Of a stretch of DNA of 64,000 nt, positions 13,412-24,772 are shown piece after piece. The DNA is taken from contig JASVEC010000028.1 in NCBI GenBank assembly GCA_030770535.1, forward strand, positions 434,001 through 498,000. Direction: 5' to 3'. Numbering within the stretch: the first letter of the stretch is position 1; every line of letters starts with the position of its first letter. The translations under genes were made by a program, and so were the position numbers. The DNA comes from Batkoa obscura. Lineage: Eukaryota. The notes beneath the pieces were generated by a model that was given only the letters and a program-made list of their open reading frames with translations, had not been told where the DNA came from and made no database searches.

Positions 13412-14947
13412 TTAAGTAATATCAACATTTAATAATTGATTTCTATCATCTAATAAGCTACTTACTTGCTTACTAAATATTGAAACTTTTAAATTTTCAG
13501 TTATTTTTGTAAGATAAGCTGGGATTGGCCTTTTAATTTTTCTATCCTCTATAGGCTCTATAACTTTAATTGAAATTATATCGCTTTTTTTTGATCTATC
13601 AGATACTAGATAGCAGTGTAATTTATTACCACGTTTAACAAAATGTAAATACTTTCTAACACCTTGTATTTTTATTATTTTTTTTGTATCTTTGTTTCTT
13701 TCATACTTTTTAAAAATTATATTTATTTGCCCATTATTGACAGTTGAGTTATTGAATCTATTATTTTCACAAACAAAAATCTCAAATTTTGAAATTAATT
13801 GATCAATATCTTCTATTTTACCTAATGCTTCAAGATTATTTTTCCACTGTAAAAGATTTCCAAAATGTCCGTCAACTATACTTTTTCCATGATGCTCAGG
13901 AAAAAAATTAAGATCAATATTTAAACTACTATTTATTTTATAAATTTCTTCAAATACATAATGTAAAAACTCTTGAGATTTAAAATGATATCCTGTATCT
14001 GCCCATATATTAATTTTTGTAAACTTTTTAAATAAAGGCTCTTTAGATATTAAATCAATTAAACAATCTCCTGCATATGCTGAATCATGATTTAGTATTT
14101 CAGATAAATAATCAAAATAAACTTTGCCTATTGTTTTATCGTTTTTTAAATACAAAACGCCAAACCCTAATACTGGTATAGCTTGTTTGTTATAATGATC
14201 TAAGTTTATTGGATCTGGTCTTGTTCCTATTTCCATATTTTGTTTAAAGTCTAAAATTATTATACAGCTTCTATTATTTAATTTTTTAATAGTTTCATTA
14301 AATATGGTTTTTTCGGTATCAACACAAAATTCATGTAATTTATATAACCTTTTTTCTTTATTAAAAGATTCCTCTATCTCTGCTTTATTTTTTGTCGCTG
14401 TATTTATTTTATTTTCAAATAACTTTTTTCTAACTGTATACTGGGCACATATATTACATAAATCTGTTTTTCTTGCTGGATTTTTAAAATTATTTGGTAT
14501 ATATTTGAAAAATGTTGACCTAGCTACTGCTTTATCTTTTAAACCATTAAAATACTTACTGTATATCATTCTTCTACTTTTATTTAATATATATATATTC
14601 TCTGACGAATATTTATCATTATTTTTTTTACTAAATCTCGATGAAATAGTTGAATTATCAAGTAAATATTGTATAATAATCTCAATTTGCTCATCTTTAA
14701 TTTTTTTTGTATTTTTGATAGTAGGTCGTAACATTGGTGTTTTATTATTATTAATCATTTTTAAATAATCATATTGATTTTTACTTATATTAAATCTAAA
14801 ACTTTTACACTTATCAAAAGAATATACTGAAGCTATAGTTGATAATAATACTACTTGTTGGTCTTTATTTCCTGTTTCCTTTAAAGCACTAATTTTATAC
14901 ATTGCTTGATTAAGTCCGTTATTATTAATAGTAAACTTTAATGGCAT
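13412..14947 (-). CDS. Sola-type DDD transposase (N-terminus probably continues in a frameshifted ORF 15114-14938)
   Basis: 511-aa ORF with DLCNIC...H, IILDFKQN, LNHDS, IWADTGYHFKS and FFPEHHGKSIVDGHFG, parallel to the Sola2-type DF / SDG-x-x-x-x-K / HGK-x-x-DG motifs. Confidence 0.85.
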   Translation of the reverse strand: MPLKFTINNNGLNQAMYKISALKETGNKDQQVVLLSTIASVYSFDKCKSFRFNISKNQYDYLKMINNNKTPMLRPTIKNTKKIKDEQIEIIIQYLLDNSTISSRFSKKNNDKYSSENIYILNKSRRMIYSKYFNGLKDKAVARSTFFKYIPNNFKNPARKTDLCNICAQYTVRKKLFENKINTATKNKAEIEESFNKEKRLYKLHEFCVDTEKTIFNETIKKLNNRSCIIILDFKQNMEIGTRPDPINLDHYNKQAIPVLGFGVLYLKNDKTIGKVYFDYLSEILNHDSAYAGDCLIDLISKEPLFKKFTKINIWADTGYHFKSQEFLHYVFEEIYKINSSLNIDLNFFPEHHGKSIVDGHFGNLLQWKNNLEALGKIEDIDQLISKFEIFVCENNRFNNSTVNNGQINIIFKKYERNKDTKKIIKIQGVRKYLHFVKRGNKLHCYLVSDRSKKSDIISIKVIEPIEDRKIKRPIPAYLTKITENLKVSIFSKQVSSLLDDRNQLLNVDIT

Positions 14948-15205
14948 TTCTTTTCTTTTTTTGTTTTATTATAAAATTCCATAAACTCTGGGTTATTGTA
15001 AATAGTTGTTAAAATTGATGTAATTGAATTACAATGCTTATATAATGTGCTTCTCCCTATCGTATTAAATTTTTTAGAAATTCCATTTCGAAGTTTAGTT
15101 ATAAAAGCTTGCATTTTGTTTTTATTTCAATAAAAAATAAAGCCAAATAATTATATAATTATATATTATATAGCTATTAAATATTTAATAAAAAATACAA
15201 AACAC

Positions 15206-15566
15206 TGTAAAATATCGTTTCATCAGCTCTGTAATTGATTATCGCATAATAATCACTTAACTTGTTTACAAAACTAGTTGGAGTATAAAATAGATTCTTC
15301 AACATAATAGCTCAAAGCTTTTTAATTGAATTGTTCCCTAATATTTTACTTTTAATAAAGCCACTAAGTCTTTCTGACAATATCTTATGTAGATTTTACA
15401 GCAGTATCCTGTATTTTATTTATTTTACATAGTTCGTAGCTTATTGCGTATTACTCCTATTGATTTAAGCCTATCTTAGCTACATAAACTAAGGCCTTTT
15501 GACTTACGGCTAGTTAACTAAGCTAGGGCTGCCTCTAACTCAAATTACTGAGTACTAACTTTCACA
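15206..15566. mobile_element. Solo LTR (TG...CA) nested in the Sola-like element
   Basis: Ends TGTAAAAT...ACTTTCACA; flanks AACAC / AACAT (4 of 5 match); homologous in reverse orientation to 53241-53832. Confidence 0.7.
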
Positions 15567-15573
15567 AACATAT

Positions 15574-15672
15574 GGGGGTGTCTTTTTTGGCTTCATCACT
15601 TTTTCCATCTTTTAAGCGCTATTCGAGTAGAATAATTGTTAGTAAAATTCTTAAACACAAAAATACATCCCC
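15574..15672 (-). mobile_element. MITE family A nested inside the Sola-like element
   Basis: ATAT-GGGGGTGTCTTTTTTGG...AATACATCCCC-ATAT. Confidence 0.9.
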
Positions 15673-16479
15673 ATATAATCAAAAAAATAAAATAAATAAA
15701 ATAAGTCTTTTAAGTTAAATTTTTATATTTAGTTTTAAGCTTTTTAAATTTAGCTGATCATACATTAAAGACTTACAAATTTAAAAACTTAAAATTTGGA
15801 TTAAGTTCTAGTTAAATTCTGAAACCAATTCGGACACCTCCATATAGTAATAAACAAGAAAAAATAAAGTTAGAGCAAAGTATAATAAAAACATTTAGTT
15901 ACTTTTTAACTTTTCCCATTACACTTTTTATTCTATCAACTAGTCTTAGATATAATTTGTTATGAGAAATTAATTATATTATACATATTACCACCTTTTT
16001 CTCTCCTTTTAGTAATCATCATCCTTACTCAAATAAAATAAAATTTAAATTTTATTATAATCAATTTATTATTACAATTACTAATTATATTGATTTTAGT
16101 TTTTTATACAGTCATTAAGATCTATCAGAAGTCAATCTGATTATATTCTATTAAACCCAATCACTACAGCTAAATTTGAAGAGTTAGAAGCTAATGAAAA
16201 ATAAATTGAATTCAATAGTAATTTGATTTCTATTTTACCGCCCCCTACCTACCCTCAAGCTAATACTTTACCTCTTAATTACTAGGGAAATTAAATAATT
16301 CAATAGTATAATATTTGTAATTTACTATTATAAATTTATTAAAATTTCCCATTTTTTAAGTGTAAGATCTATGATCTTATTAGTTTATTATTAATTTGAA
16401 TTATTAACATTGTAATTTTTTTAACGTTCTATAAAAAAAAGATTATAAGATTATAATCAAAAAATACTTAATTAAATCT

Positions 16480-17797
16480 TATTAATTTTATTAGGTAAAT
16501 TCCATAATCGATTTTATAATTCAATCTCTTTGATTCAATGGCTTAGCTGGATAGAGAATTCATTCGAAAAATAAAAGGAATCATCATATTATTTGATCTA
16601 GGAACATTAATCCTAATGTAGTTGATGCTTCTTGTAAACTAGTCTTCATAAATAAATTTACAAAGCTATCCACTCGTTTTTGATATTTAAAATCCTAACA
16701 TAATAACTCCATTTTAACTAGTTTTGAATGGACGATAGGATCTAAGGAAACCGAAATAAATTGGTACTACTGCTTTGGCTGTTTTTATGACTTTAAACTT
16801 ACGTTAAACTTGATATGAAGTATGTCTTTTAAATGCATAAATACTCATAATTATCGCTGCTTTTGATTTTGCATAGTGTTCTACATAACTATATTTACTC
16901 TGAACATTGGTATCTTCAAAGTTACCATTGTAAACTAATACAAAAATTACTTTCACAGAAATATTAATAAAATGGAATTAGTCTATATAATGACCCATGG
17001 AGCATAAATCAATGATTTCAAATTTTCTAGTATTGATAAGTTCATCCTTTAATAAATTAGATAATAAAAAAGGACCTAAATAATTCACTTGAAAGTTTAC
17101 TTTCAATCCAACTTGACTTGTTTGAAACTCTTTGATCCCCATCATACTAGCATTATTAATTAATAGATTCAATTGGAATTATCTACTTTTTAAACTCATC
17201 AGTGAATCCTCTTATAAAATTAAAACTGGTGAGATCTAATATCAAAAAGTGTATCTTACCATCCGATTATACTTCATAGTCTATATTTCCAATTGCTAAT
17301 TCTACTTTTCCTTATGAACAACATGCTTTTAGTTGATGTTATTTATTAGAATTATTTTTTATTCCCTTATTTAATTTACCTAAGATAACATGACAATTTA
17401 GCTTTGAGTAACCAGCGAGTAGTTTCAAAACCAAGATTAGTGTTATTATTTTAAATAACTTTTTTTCAGCATTTATCACTTGGATTATTAACCTATCGGT
17501 AACAATTACTACTTCATTTGAATCCCCGAGATCCCTTTTTAAAAGATAAAAAAGTAAATAGAATTTATAAAGGAAGAGTAAGTTGATAAAACTTACTTAT
17601 AATACTATACAATGGAAGTGTTGCTTATTAACTTGAATTTCTAAGTTGGGATAATTATTAATGAAATAATAATATAGTAAAAAGATTATTGTAACTATAA
17701 TTGAGATTATTATTTTTATAAAGTATGGTAGCTTAGGATTAGTTATAAATTTGGCAACAGTTCTTCTACATTGATGAAATAGTCTGGTGTTCAACTC
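16480..17797 (-). pseudogene. RDH-like SDR paralogue S1, pseudogene
   Basis: Collinear with 20783-22114 (PKLPYF, GFETTRWLLKAK, NLLINNASMMG, FQVNYLGPFLL) with stops and frameshifts. Confidence 0.88.
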
Positions 17798-18466
17798 CTC
17801 TATTTTAACATTATTTTAAAACGTTAATAAAAACAAAGATTGAAATTGGAAGATTTTATAGCTTTTATGCACAGTAATTTAAGGTTTTATACTTTTTAAT
17901 TTTTAAATTATTTTTTATAGTTAATATAATAAAATGATAGTACTCTCATTAAAAACATGTAAAAGTTGACAACTTTCTATGGTATAACTTGAAATGTTTG
18001 ACTTTGAAGTCTAGGATCAAACTTACAAACCTTTTTAACCTTATGTTCAAATACTGATAAAGAAACGCTTGTTTATATATGCTTGATGTTTAATCAACAA
18101 TCGTTATAGTTGATAGAATAACTCGAAAAATAATTAGATCCTTGGATTAAAGTTTAAGATCATCAATAAAAATGGAGACCTTATTGTAGGAAGTTTAGGT
18201 TAAGTTGGAATTATTTGATATTGATCCAAAATTGAACTTTGGGATAGCTTAGGCTAAAATCGAACCTAGTCCAAGTATAAAAGTTGTCATTATAAAAATA
18301 CTCAATATTGAGCTACTTACTTTTGATTCCAATATAAGCTTTCATAAATTTATTGGAATCGTTAATATAATACAATTCGAAATCAAATTGAATCTTTGCA
18401 TCGAAAATCAATAAGCACGCTAATAGACTGTGTGTGCAAAAAGTCACTTTTTATTTTGAATATGGT

Positions 18467-18621
18467 TAGAACTAGTTGTATTTAAATGTTTTCCTATTTT
18501 TCAATTTGCTAAGAATTTATTTTATACGAATTCAAGACATAATTTTCTATAGAATTTTTAAATTGGTATAAAATAAATTTTGGCAAATTAAAATAATGCA
18601 TCTAAATGCAGCTAAGCTCTA
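18467..18621. repeat. Palindromic MITE-like element with TAGA(G/A)C termini
   Basis: TAGAACTAGTTGTATTTAAATG pairs with CATCTAAATGCAGCTAAGCTCTA; inner TTTGCTAAGAATTTATTTTATAC pairs with GTATAAAATAAATTTTGGCAAA; no clear TSD. Confidence 0.55.
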
Positions 18622-18979
18622 TAAACTTCGAACTTGTAATTTACCTAATTTGTATTTGATTCTATAAGTTGAAAATCAATACCATTTTTATTTTATCCAA
18701 TATCGTTTATTTATATAGAGTATTAATACAAAATTGCAAAAAAAACCATTTACTTATTTTTGATCAACACTCTATGCTTTAATCCTTTTATCACACTTTA
18801 ATTAAACAGCTAGCTAAAATAAAAAGTGATACAAATCATCTAGATTAAATAATACGTTTGAATACTATATATTCAACTCAAATAATTTCTAGCTTCTAAC
18901 TTTTTTTATTTTAATATATTGAAAAAGCAGAATCCCCAAGTGTTTCATTCTTTCAAGTAAGAAAAATTAAATGATGAAC

Positions 18980-19320
18980 TGATTGATAAAGGGGGTAATG
19001 GGTAGAACAAGAATTAGGATGGAGGAAGGGACTAGAGAGCTATAGAAAAGTACTTGAGTTCTAATTAGTCAGCTTTTAATTAGGGAAAACTGTCCTCAAT
19101 GACTTGGAGTTGCACCTTACATAATGCAATCCATGAATGAAGTATATAGGGAGAGATATTAGGGAAGCTAGTTTATGATCAGCAGATAATGGGGTGTAAT
19201 ATAAGTATGTAGTTTAAAGCTTTGGAGCTATAATAAAAGCTTGATATAAGGGTATAAGGGAGAAAAAAGTGGATGCAGGTAGTTGAAATTTGGGGGGGGA
19301 GACATCAAAATGTTAGTAAG
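18980..19320 (-). pseudogene. Possible L1-like endonuclease relic
   Basis: Strand-skewed, higher-GC patch; translation TYITPLSADHKLASL...HYVRCNSKSL resembles the APE SDH...WRLNxSLL end. Confidence 0.3.
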
Positions 19321-19505
19321 GATAGACTATAGTTTATTAATATAGCAAAAAATAAATCAATTATAGTTTGTATTGAAAAAGGCGCAAGCAGCTGAAAATA
19401 TTTTGGAGTTTTAATAATAAAAAATTAGTACCTATAATTTGAATTTTATCAGCCATTCGTCTTTTTAATTATTCAATAATATTTTATGCAATAAAAGTAA
19501 TATAC

Positions 19506-19580
19506 GGGGATGTATTTTTTTGTCTAAGAATTCTACTAACAATTTTTCCATTCAAATAGCGCTTAAAAAATACATCTCCC
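19506..19580 (+). mobile_element. MITE family A (degenerate, deleted)
   Basis: ATAC-GGGGATGTATTTTTTTGTCTAAG...AAATAGCGCTTAAAAAATACATCTCCC. Confidence 0.8.
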
Positions 19581-19900
19581 TATGTTTACCAAACCAAGTA
19601 AAGCAAGATGTAAGATTAAATAGGAGCTAAACTATAGCCCCATCATTTTCTTAAAATTTATTAAAGCATAGCTAATAATACAAAGATAATAAGAATAGAA
19701 GAACCATGGGCTATTTGTTTATAAAATGCAAGAATAATTTTTAAAGAATTTAAGGAGAGAGCTAAAATTCAAAAACAAAGCCTATAATAAAAGATCACAC
19801 TACACAATGGAAAGTTCTATAATCTATAATTTTTAAGGTTTTATTTTTTTGTTTTTTAAAGTTTTATTTTTTTATCAAAATTTACAATTCACTATAAAAA

Positions 19901-20475
19901 ATGAATATCCTTCATTCCAACCACCTTGACTCTCCAAACCCAGTTGAGATATCAATAGCGAACAACTATGCAGTAAAAACCGGATTTGATTATACTATCT
20001 ATCGTGTAATGTTTTATGGTAACAAACAACAAAAGATACAGCTAAAACTTAGTATATTAAAAACCTACATTTATCGACTTCTAATACTATTTACGCTGTT
20101 ATTTACAATATTGATATTAACTCTAGTTTATCATAGTGATACTATTATTTTTTACCATTATCTATTACCGTTATCTATTTTTTTTGGAATCACAATGGCT
20201 ATACAAGGCTGGGTAAGTTTTGTTTGATTACACGACATCCGTTATATTATACTAATTTTCTAATCTTTTTCTAGTATTTAATCCACTCCTTAAGATCGAT
20301 TAAAAATCAACCAAGTTATATACGATTAAATCGTTCAACAATAGCTAAATTCCAAAGTCAAGAATCATATGAAAGAGGAAATCAATTAACTACTGGTTTA
20401 GCTTCTTGTGAGTTTACATCCCCTCCTAACTATAGGGAAGCTAATATCTCTCCCCCTGCTTATCAACAGAATTAA
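19901..20475 (+). CDS. Small 2-TM protein with twin C-terminal PPxY motifs (M2)
   Basis: Exons 19901-20212 and 20275-20475; ends FTSPPNYREANISPPAYQQN*. Confidence 0.85.
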
Positions 20476-20782
20476 TTTATTGAATTTATTTTTATAGTTT
20501 ATTTAAAACGTCATTGTAACTTTATATCATTTGAATAATTTTTTACAAAATTTTGATTAAGCTTTACAGTAAAATGTTACTTTTTTTTAATATTCCGATT
20601 TAAAAAATGGAAACCTTTACATTATAAAAAAATTATTTTATATAGCTTCTTCTAACTTAAGTCAGCTTTAATCTTTTAATAAAAATTTTAAAGACTTAAC
20701 TAATTAATCAATAAAAAAAATTTATTTGAAGGTTCTTATATCATATTAATGATTATGTAAACCCTCCCAAAGTTGATTTATT

Positions 20783-22114
20783 TTAAATACAAGTCCATTT
20801 TTTAGAAAGTGTCCATAACTTATCTTGTAACTCAATATCTTTTGTTAAATAACTAGGTTGAATTGGTAACTCATCCGCAAAATATAGTGAATCCTTAGGT
20901 ATTTCGTCAATAAGAGCCAATCTTAATGTTGTCAATGTACCCTGTAAACTAGTTTTCATAAAACTATTTCCAAACCTATCTACTGCTTTTTGAGTTTTAG
21001 AATCATGGCGAAATATTTCTGTTTTTACTAAGCCTGGATGAACGACATAACCTAAGAAAGAAGATGAGTTATTTTTATTATCATGATTATTAAGATTTTA
21101 AATTACATTGAACTTTATCCGATACATGTCTTTTAAATGCATAAGTAATCATAATAATAGCTGCTTTTGCTTTTGAATATTGATCTTGATCATTGTATTT
21201 ATTAGAATCATTTATGTCTTCAAAGCTACCATTAGAAGCTAAAAAAATTCTTTTAATATTAGAATTACTATAAGTGATAACGAAACTTACCCATATAATG
21301 CGCTAACGAGGATAAATTAATCAATTTTGAGTTTTTAGTGTTGATAAGTTCGTCCTTCAATAAATTATAAAGTAAAAAATGGCTCAAATAGTTGACTTGG
21401 AAAGTCAATTCAAACCCATCCTTGCTTTTTTGGAACTCTTTAATCCCCATAATACCAGCATTATTGATTAGTAAATTCAAGGGTAATCGTTTACTTTGGA
21501 ATTCTTTAGCAAAGCTTTTTACCGATTCAAAGCTGGTGAGATCTAACGGCATAAACTCTACCTTACTATCTAATCCTACTTCGTTGCGGATTTTTTCTAT
21601 GGCTGCTTCCGCTTTTTCTTGTGAACGGCATGCTTTGATTGATAAGTCATTTTTTCTATTCACTGATTATTATTTAATTTACCTAAGATGACATGGAATT
21701 TAGCTTTAACTAACCAACGAGCGGTTTCAAAACCAATCCCTGTATTACCACCTAAATGACAATAATGAAGATTTAGCCATTTATACTAATATTTCTGTTA
21801 TTAAACTACCTGTAACAATAGCTACTTTGTTTTCTTCATTGCTATGGTTTTTTAAATGATGTTGAACTAGACTGAAATATATAAAGAATAATTAATAAAT
21901 AATCTTTGGCTTTAAAATAATAAATATTGATCTATTACTTATTAGCGTGGGTTTCTGCATCAGGATAACTACTAATAAGTCGATAAAAGGGTGGAAACAT
22001 TGTGACAGCTACCATTGTCAAACCTGCTTTTACAAAATAGGGTAGTTTAGGACGAGCTATTAAATTCAAAATCGACTGTTCTACTTTATTGGAATACTTT
22101 GGCGTCATATTCAT
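20783..22114 (-). CDS. RDH-like SDR paralogue S2, intact
   Basis: Spliced VAIVTGGNTGIGFETARW, LDLTSFESV, LINNAGIM, YSKAK, VVHPGLVKTEIFR; ends SKKWTCI*. Confidence 0.92.
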
Positions 22115-22407
22115 CTTGTTTGACTTTTACCTTTTAATAGTTAAGTAAAGATCTTTATTAGTTCCTTTTATAGTTTAATACACTATGAGTTAAAACTCAA
22201 TGGTCTATAACACTTAATATTATTTTTCAGAATTAAAATGGCAACATCGGGTTTTAAAAGTAAGCCTTTTTTCAGTCTATTTGGGATTTTTATTAATAAA
22301 TTTAACCCTAGATTTAACAGTAAAAAGTTCCAAATTATATCGGGGAAAGTTATGACCTTTTTTTTAAAAAAATCCGACGTTCCCGTTTTAATTCTAAAAA
22401 TGAAAGA

Positions 22408-23727
22408 AGTTTAACACCAAAGTATACCAACGAAATAGAATAGTCAATTTTAAACTCAATACCCCGTCCTAAACTACCTTCTATTATAAAAGTAGATATA
22501 GTGATGGTATCTATAGCAATATTTTCACCTTACTATCAATTTATTGGTAATTATCCCAATGCAAGAACATACGTTAATAAGTAATAACATAACTCTGCAT
22601 CATTTTAAATAATTTCATTTTTATTTATATAGCTTAGTTCAATATCACTTAAAAACCATAGGGATGAAGAAAACAAAGTAGCTATTGTTATAGGTAATTG
22701 AATAACACAGTTGCTTGAAACAACCAAAAAGTATAATTTTAATATTTTATTTAGGTGGTAATACAGGGATTGGTTTTGAAACCGCTCGTTGGTTAGTTAA
22801 AGCTAAATTCCATGTTATTTTAGGCCATTAAGTAATAATAATGTCAACGGACAACTAAGATAATAAAAAAGCTTGCCATTCCCAAGAAAAATTGAAGGTG
22901 GCTATAGAAAAGACACGCTCTAAAGTAGGCTATGATATTAAGATAGAGCTTATCGCACTACATCTCACCAGTTTTGAATTACTGAAAGCGTTTACTATAG
23001 AATTAAAAAGTAGACAATTACTATTAAATTTAGTGATCAATAATACTGGTATTATGGGGGTCAAAGAACATCAAAAGAGTTAAGATGGACTCGAGTTGAC
23101 TTGAAAAATTTATTATTTAGTCCGTTTTTCATTCTATAATTTATTGAAAGAGAACTTGATTAAGACTAAAAGTTTAAAAAATTTTGATTCATCTTTATTG
23201 ACGCATTAAATGCCTAAGTTTTCATTCAATATCCAATAATATTGTTAGTTAATTTAGAATCCTTTGTTAGCGTCTAATAGTAACTTTGAAAACTTAATAT
23301 TCAGAATAAATACAGTAATGTAAAACGTTATGCAAAAGCAAAGTAGAGTAACTGTGGCTACTTATACGTTTAAAAGACATATTTCAGATCAAGTTCAACT
23401 TACTTTAAAGCTTTTAAAAAATAGAGACATAATAAGTAGCAACTTATCTCTCTTTCTTTAGACTACGTTGATCATTTAGGAATAGTAAAAACTGAGCTAT
23501 TTCGTTAGGACTCTATAAGCCAAAAAGGAATCGATTAGATAGAGAATTATTTTATTAAAATATCATTACAAGGGCCTATGGCTATGCTAAGATTAGCTCT
23601 GTTAGATAAAATATCTAATGATTTCCTTCATTTTCCAAATCAATTACTCATGTAACTGAATTATTGGACAAAACGCAAAGTTACAAAATAACCTATGGAG
23701 CTTATTAAAAAGGTTGGCTTGTATTAA
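22408..23727 (+). pseudogene. RDH-like SDR paralogue S3, pseudogene, head-to-head with S2
   Basis: Same exon layout as S2 and S4; GGNTGIGFETARW exon nearly identical to S2; several in-frame stops (e.g. TAG at 22441, TAA at 23081). Confidence 0.88.
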
Positions 23728-24045
23728 GGAAAGCTATAATACTGGTATGAGTTATTGTAACAACAGTACCTAATGTATTAGTACAATTAAATGAAAATAG
23801 TTTTTAATAACATAAATTTACAAAAATATTACTTACGTTGATTAATAACAATCTTTAACAAAAAATTATAAACAAATAAATTTTTACTTAAGTAAAATAA
23901 TAACGATTATAATAATATAGATAAATGAAAAATAAGTATTTTATTATTTTATTATTTTATTAAACATTATTTAAGACTGTTTAAAACATTTAAATCTTAA
24001 TGATAGATAACTAATGATAGTAAAGTATAAATTAATTATACATAT

Positions 24046-24145
24046 GGTGATGTATTTTTTTTGTTTAAGAATTTTACCAACAATCTTTCCACTCAAATAG
24101 CGCTTAAAAAATGAAAAAAATAATGAAACCAAAAAAAACATCCCC
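24046..24145 (+). mobile_element. MITE family A
   Basis: ATAT-GGTGATGTATTTTTT...AAAACATCCCC-ATAT. Confidence 0.9.
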
Positions 24146-24325
24146 ATATATTCTAATTTATTAATAATGTATGAAAGCTTTTTATTTACCTACATTTGAT
24201 AAACATAGATATATACTGTAGTATTAATTATAGGACCTAAGCTTATTAGTTACAACTATAGAATCAATTTAGTCAACCATACATTAGAAGTCCGAGCTCT
24301 CCATGTCAATTAGCAATGATCAACA

Positions 24326-24395
24326 GCTTCCTGTAGGAATCAAACCCACAACCTGAGAATTAAACTCTCATACATTATCATTGTACTAAAGAAGC
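24326..24395 (-). pseudogene. Degenerate tRNA (pseudogene or tRNA-derived SINE head)
   Basis: Minus strand GCTTCTT-TAGTACAATGATA...GAGA-loop-TCTC-AGGTTGTGGGTTTGATTCCTAC-AGGAAGC: acceptor stem, eroded A-box and B-box, T-arm; anticodon loop corrupted. Confidence 0.65.
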
Positions 24396-24646
24396 TCCCT
24401 GTTGGTTAGAATCAACTGGAACTGGTTTTATTTTTCACTTCTAAGGACGTTTCTAAAATAATCTCCCTTTTATGCGATCAATTTACTGGTAAAGATGCAT
24501 AATTGCAATAATTGAATTTTTTGTATGGAAAATATATTATATTTAGACATCTAAAATAACTGCTATTGCAACCAATAGCTTTTATTTTTTGTGCTCAAAA
24601 AAAAATCAAGCATTAATTTTTATATGGTTTTTTTAGCTACTAATAT

Positions 24647-24772
24647 GGATTTGATAGAGTGGAAAAACATGATGGCATAGAACATTTCTTTAACTACTAA
24701 TAAGTTTTTTCATAGTTGCTAACAACTGGACAACTATTCTGCGCCATCACACTTTTCCACTTCATCAAATCC
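24647..24772. mobile_element. MITE family B (about 36-bp imperfect TIRs, ATAT flanks)
   Basis: ATAT-GGATTTGATAGAGTGGAAAAACATGATGGCATAGAA ... TTCTGCGCCATCACACTTTTCCACTTCATCAAATCC-ATAT. Confidence 0.75.

Larger units (their letters stand above)
12882..15841 (-). mobile_element. Sola-like DNA transposon, near-complete (2960 bp)
   Basis: 22-bp TIRs GGGGGTGTCCGAATTGGTTTCA / TGAAACCAATTCGGACACCTCC (1 mismatch), ATAT on both flanks, encloses a DDD transposase ORF. Confidence 0.9.
12783..16294 (+). pseudogene. PPxY 2-TM family copy M1, pseudogene split by the Sola-like element
   Basis: 12783-12881 joined to 15846 onward reads IYKTMVYSNKQEKIKLEQSIIKTF, matching paralogue IYRVMFYGNKQQKIQLKLSILKTY; exon-2 relic SLRSIRSQSDYI...PPPTYPQANTLP at ~16090-16294; internal stops. 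Confidence 0.8.

Noticed and set aside
14304..14768. 154-aa plus-strand ORF
   Set aside because: Antisense shadow of the transposase; similar shadow ORFs overlap the homeobox, S2, bZIP and HAM1-like genes.
13412..14947. Fanzor/TnpB or another RNA-guided nuclease
   Set aside because: No RuvC motifs or C-terminal zinc finger; motifs fit a DDD transposase between TIRs.
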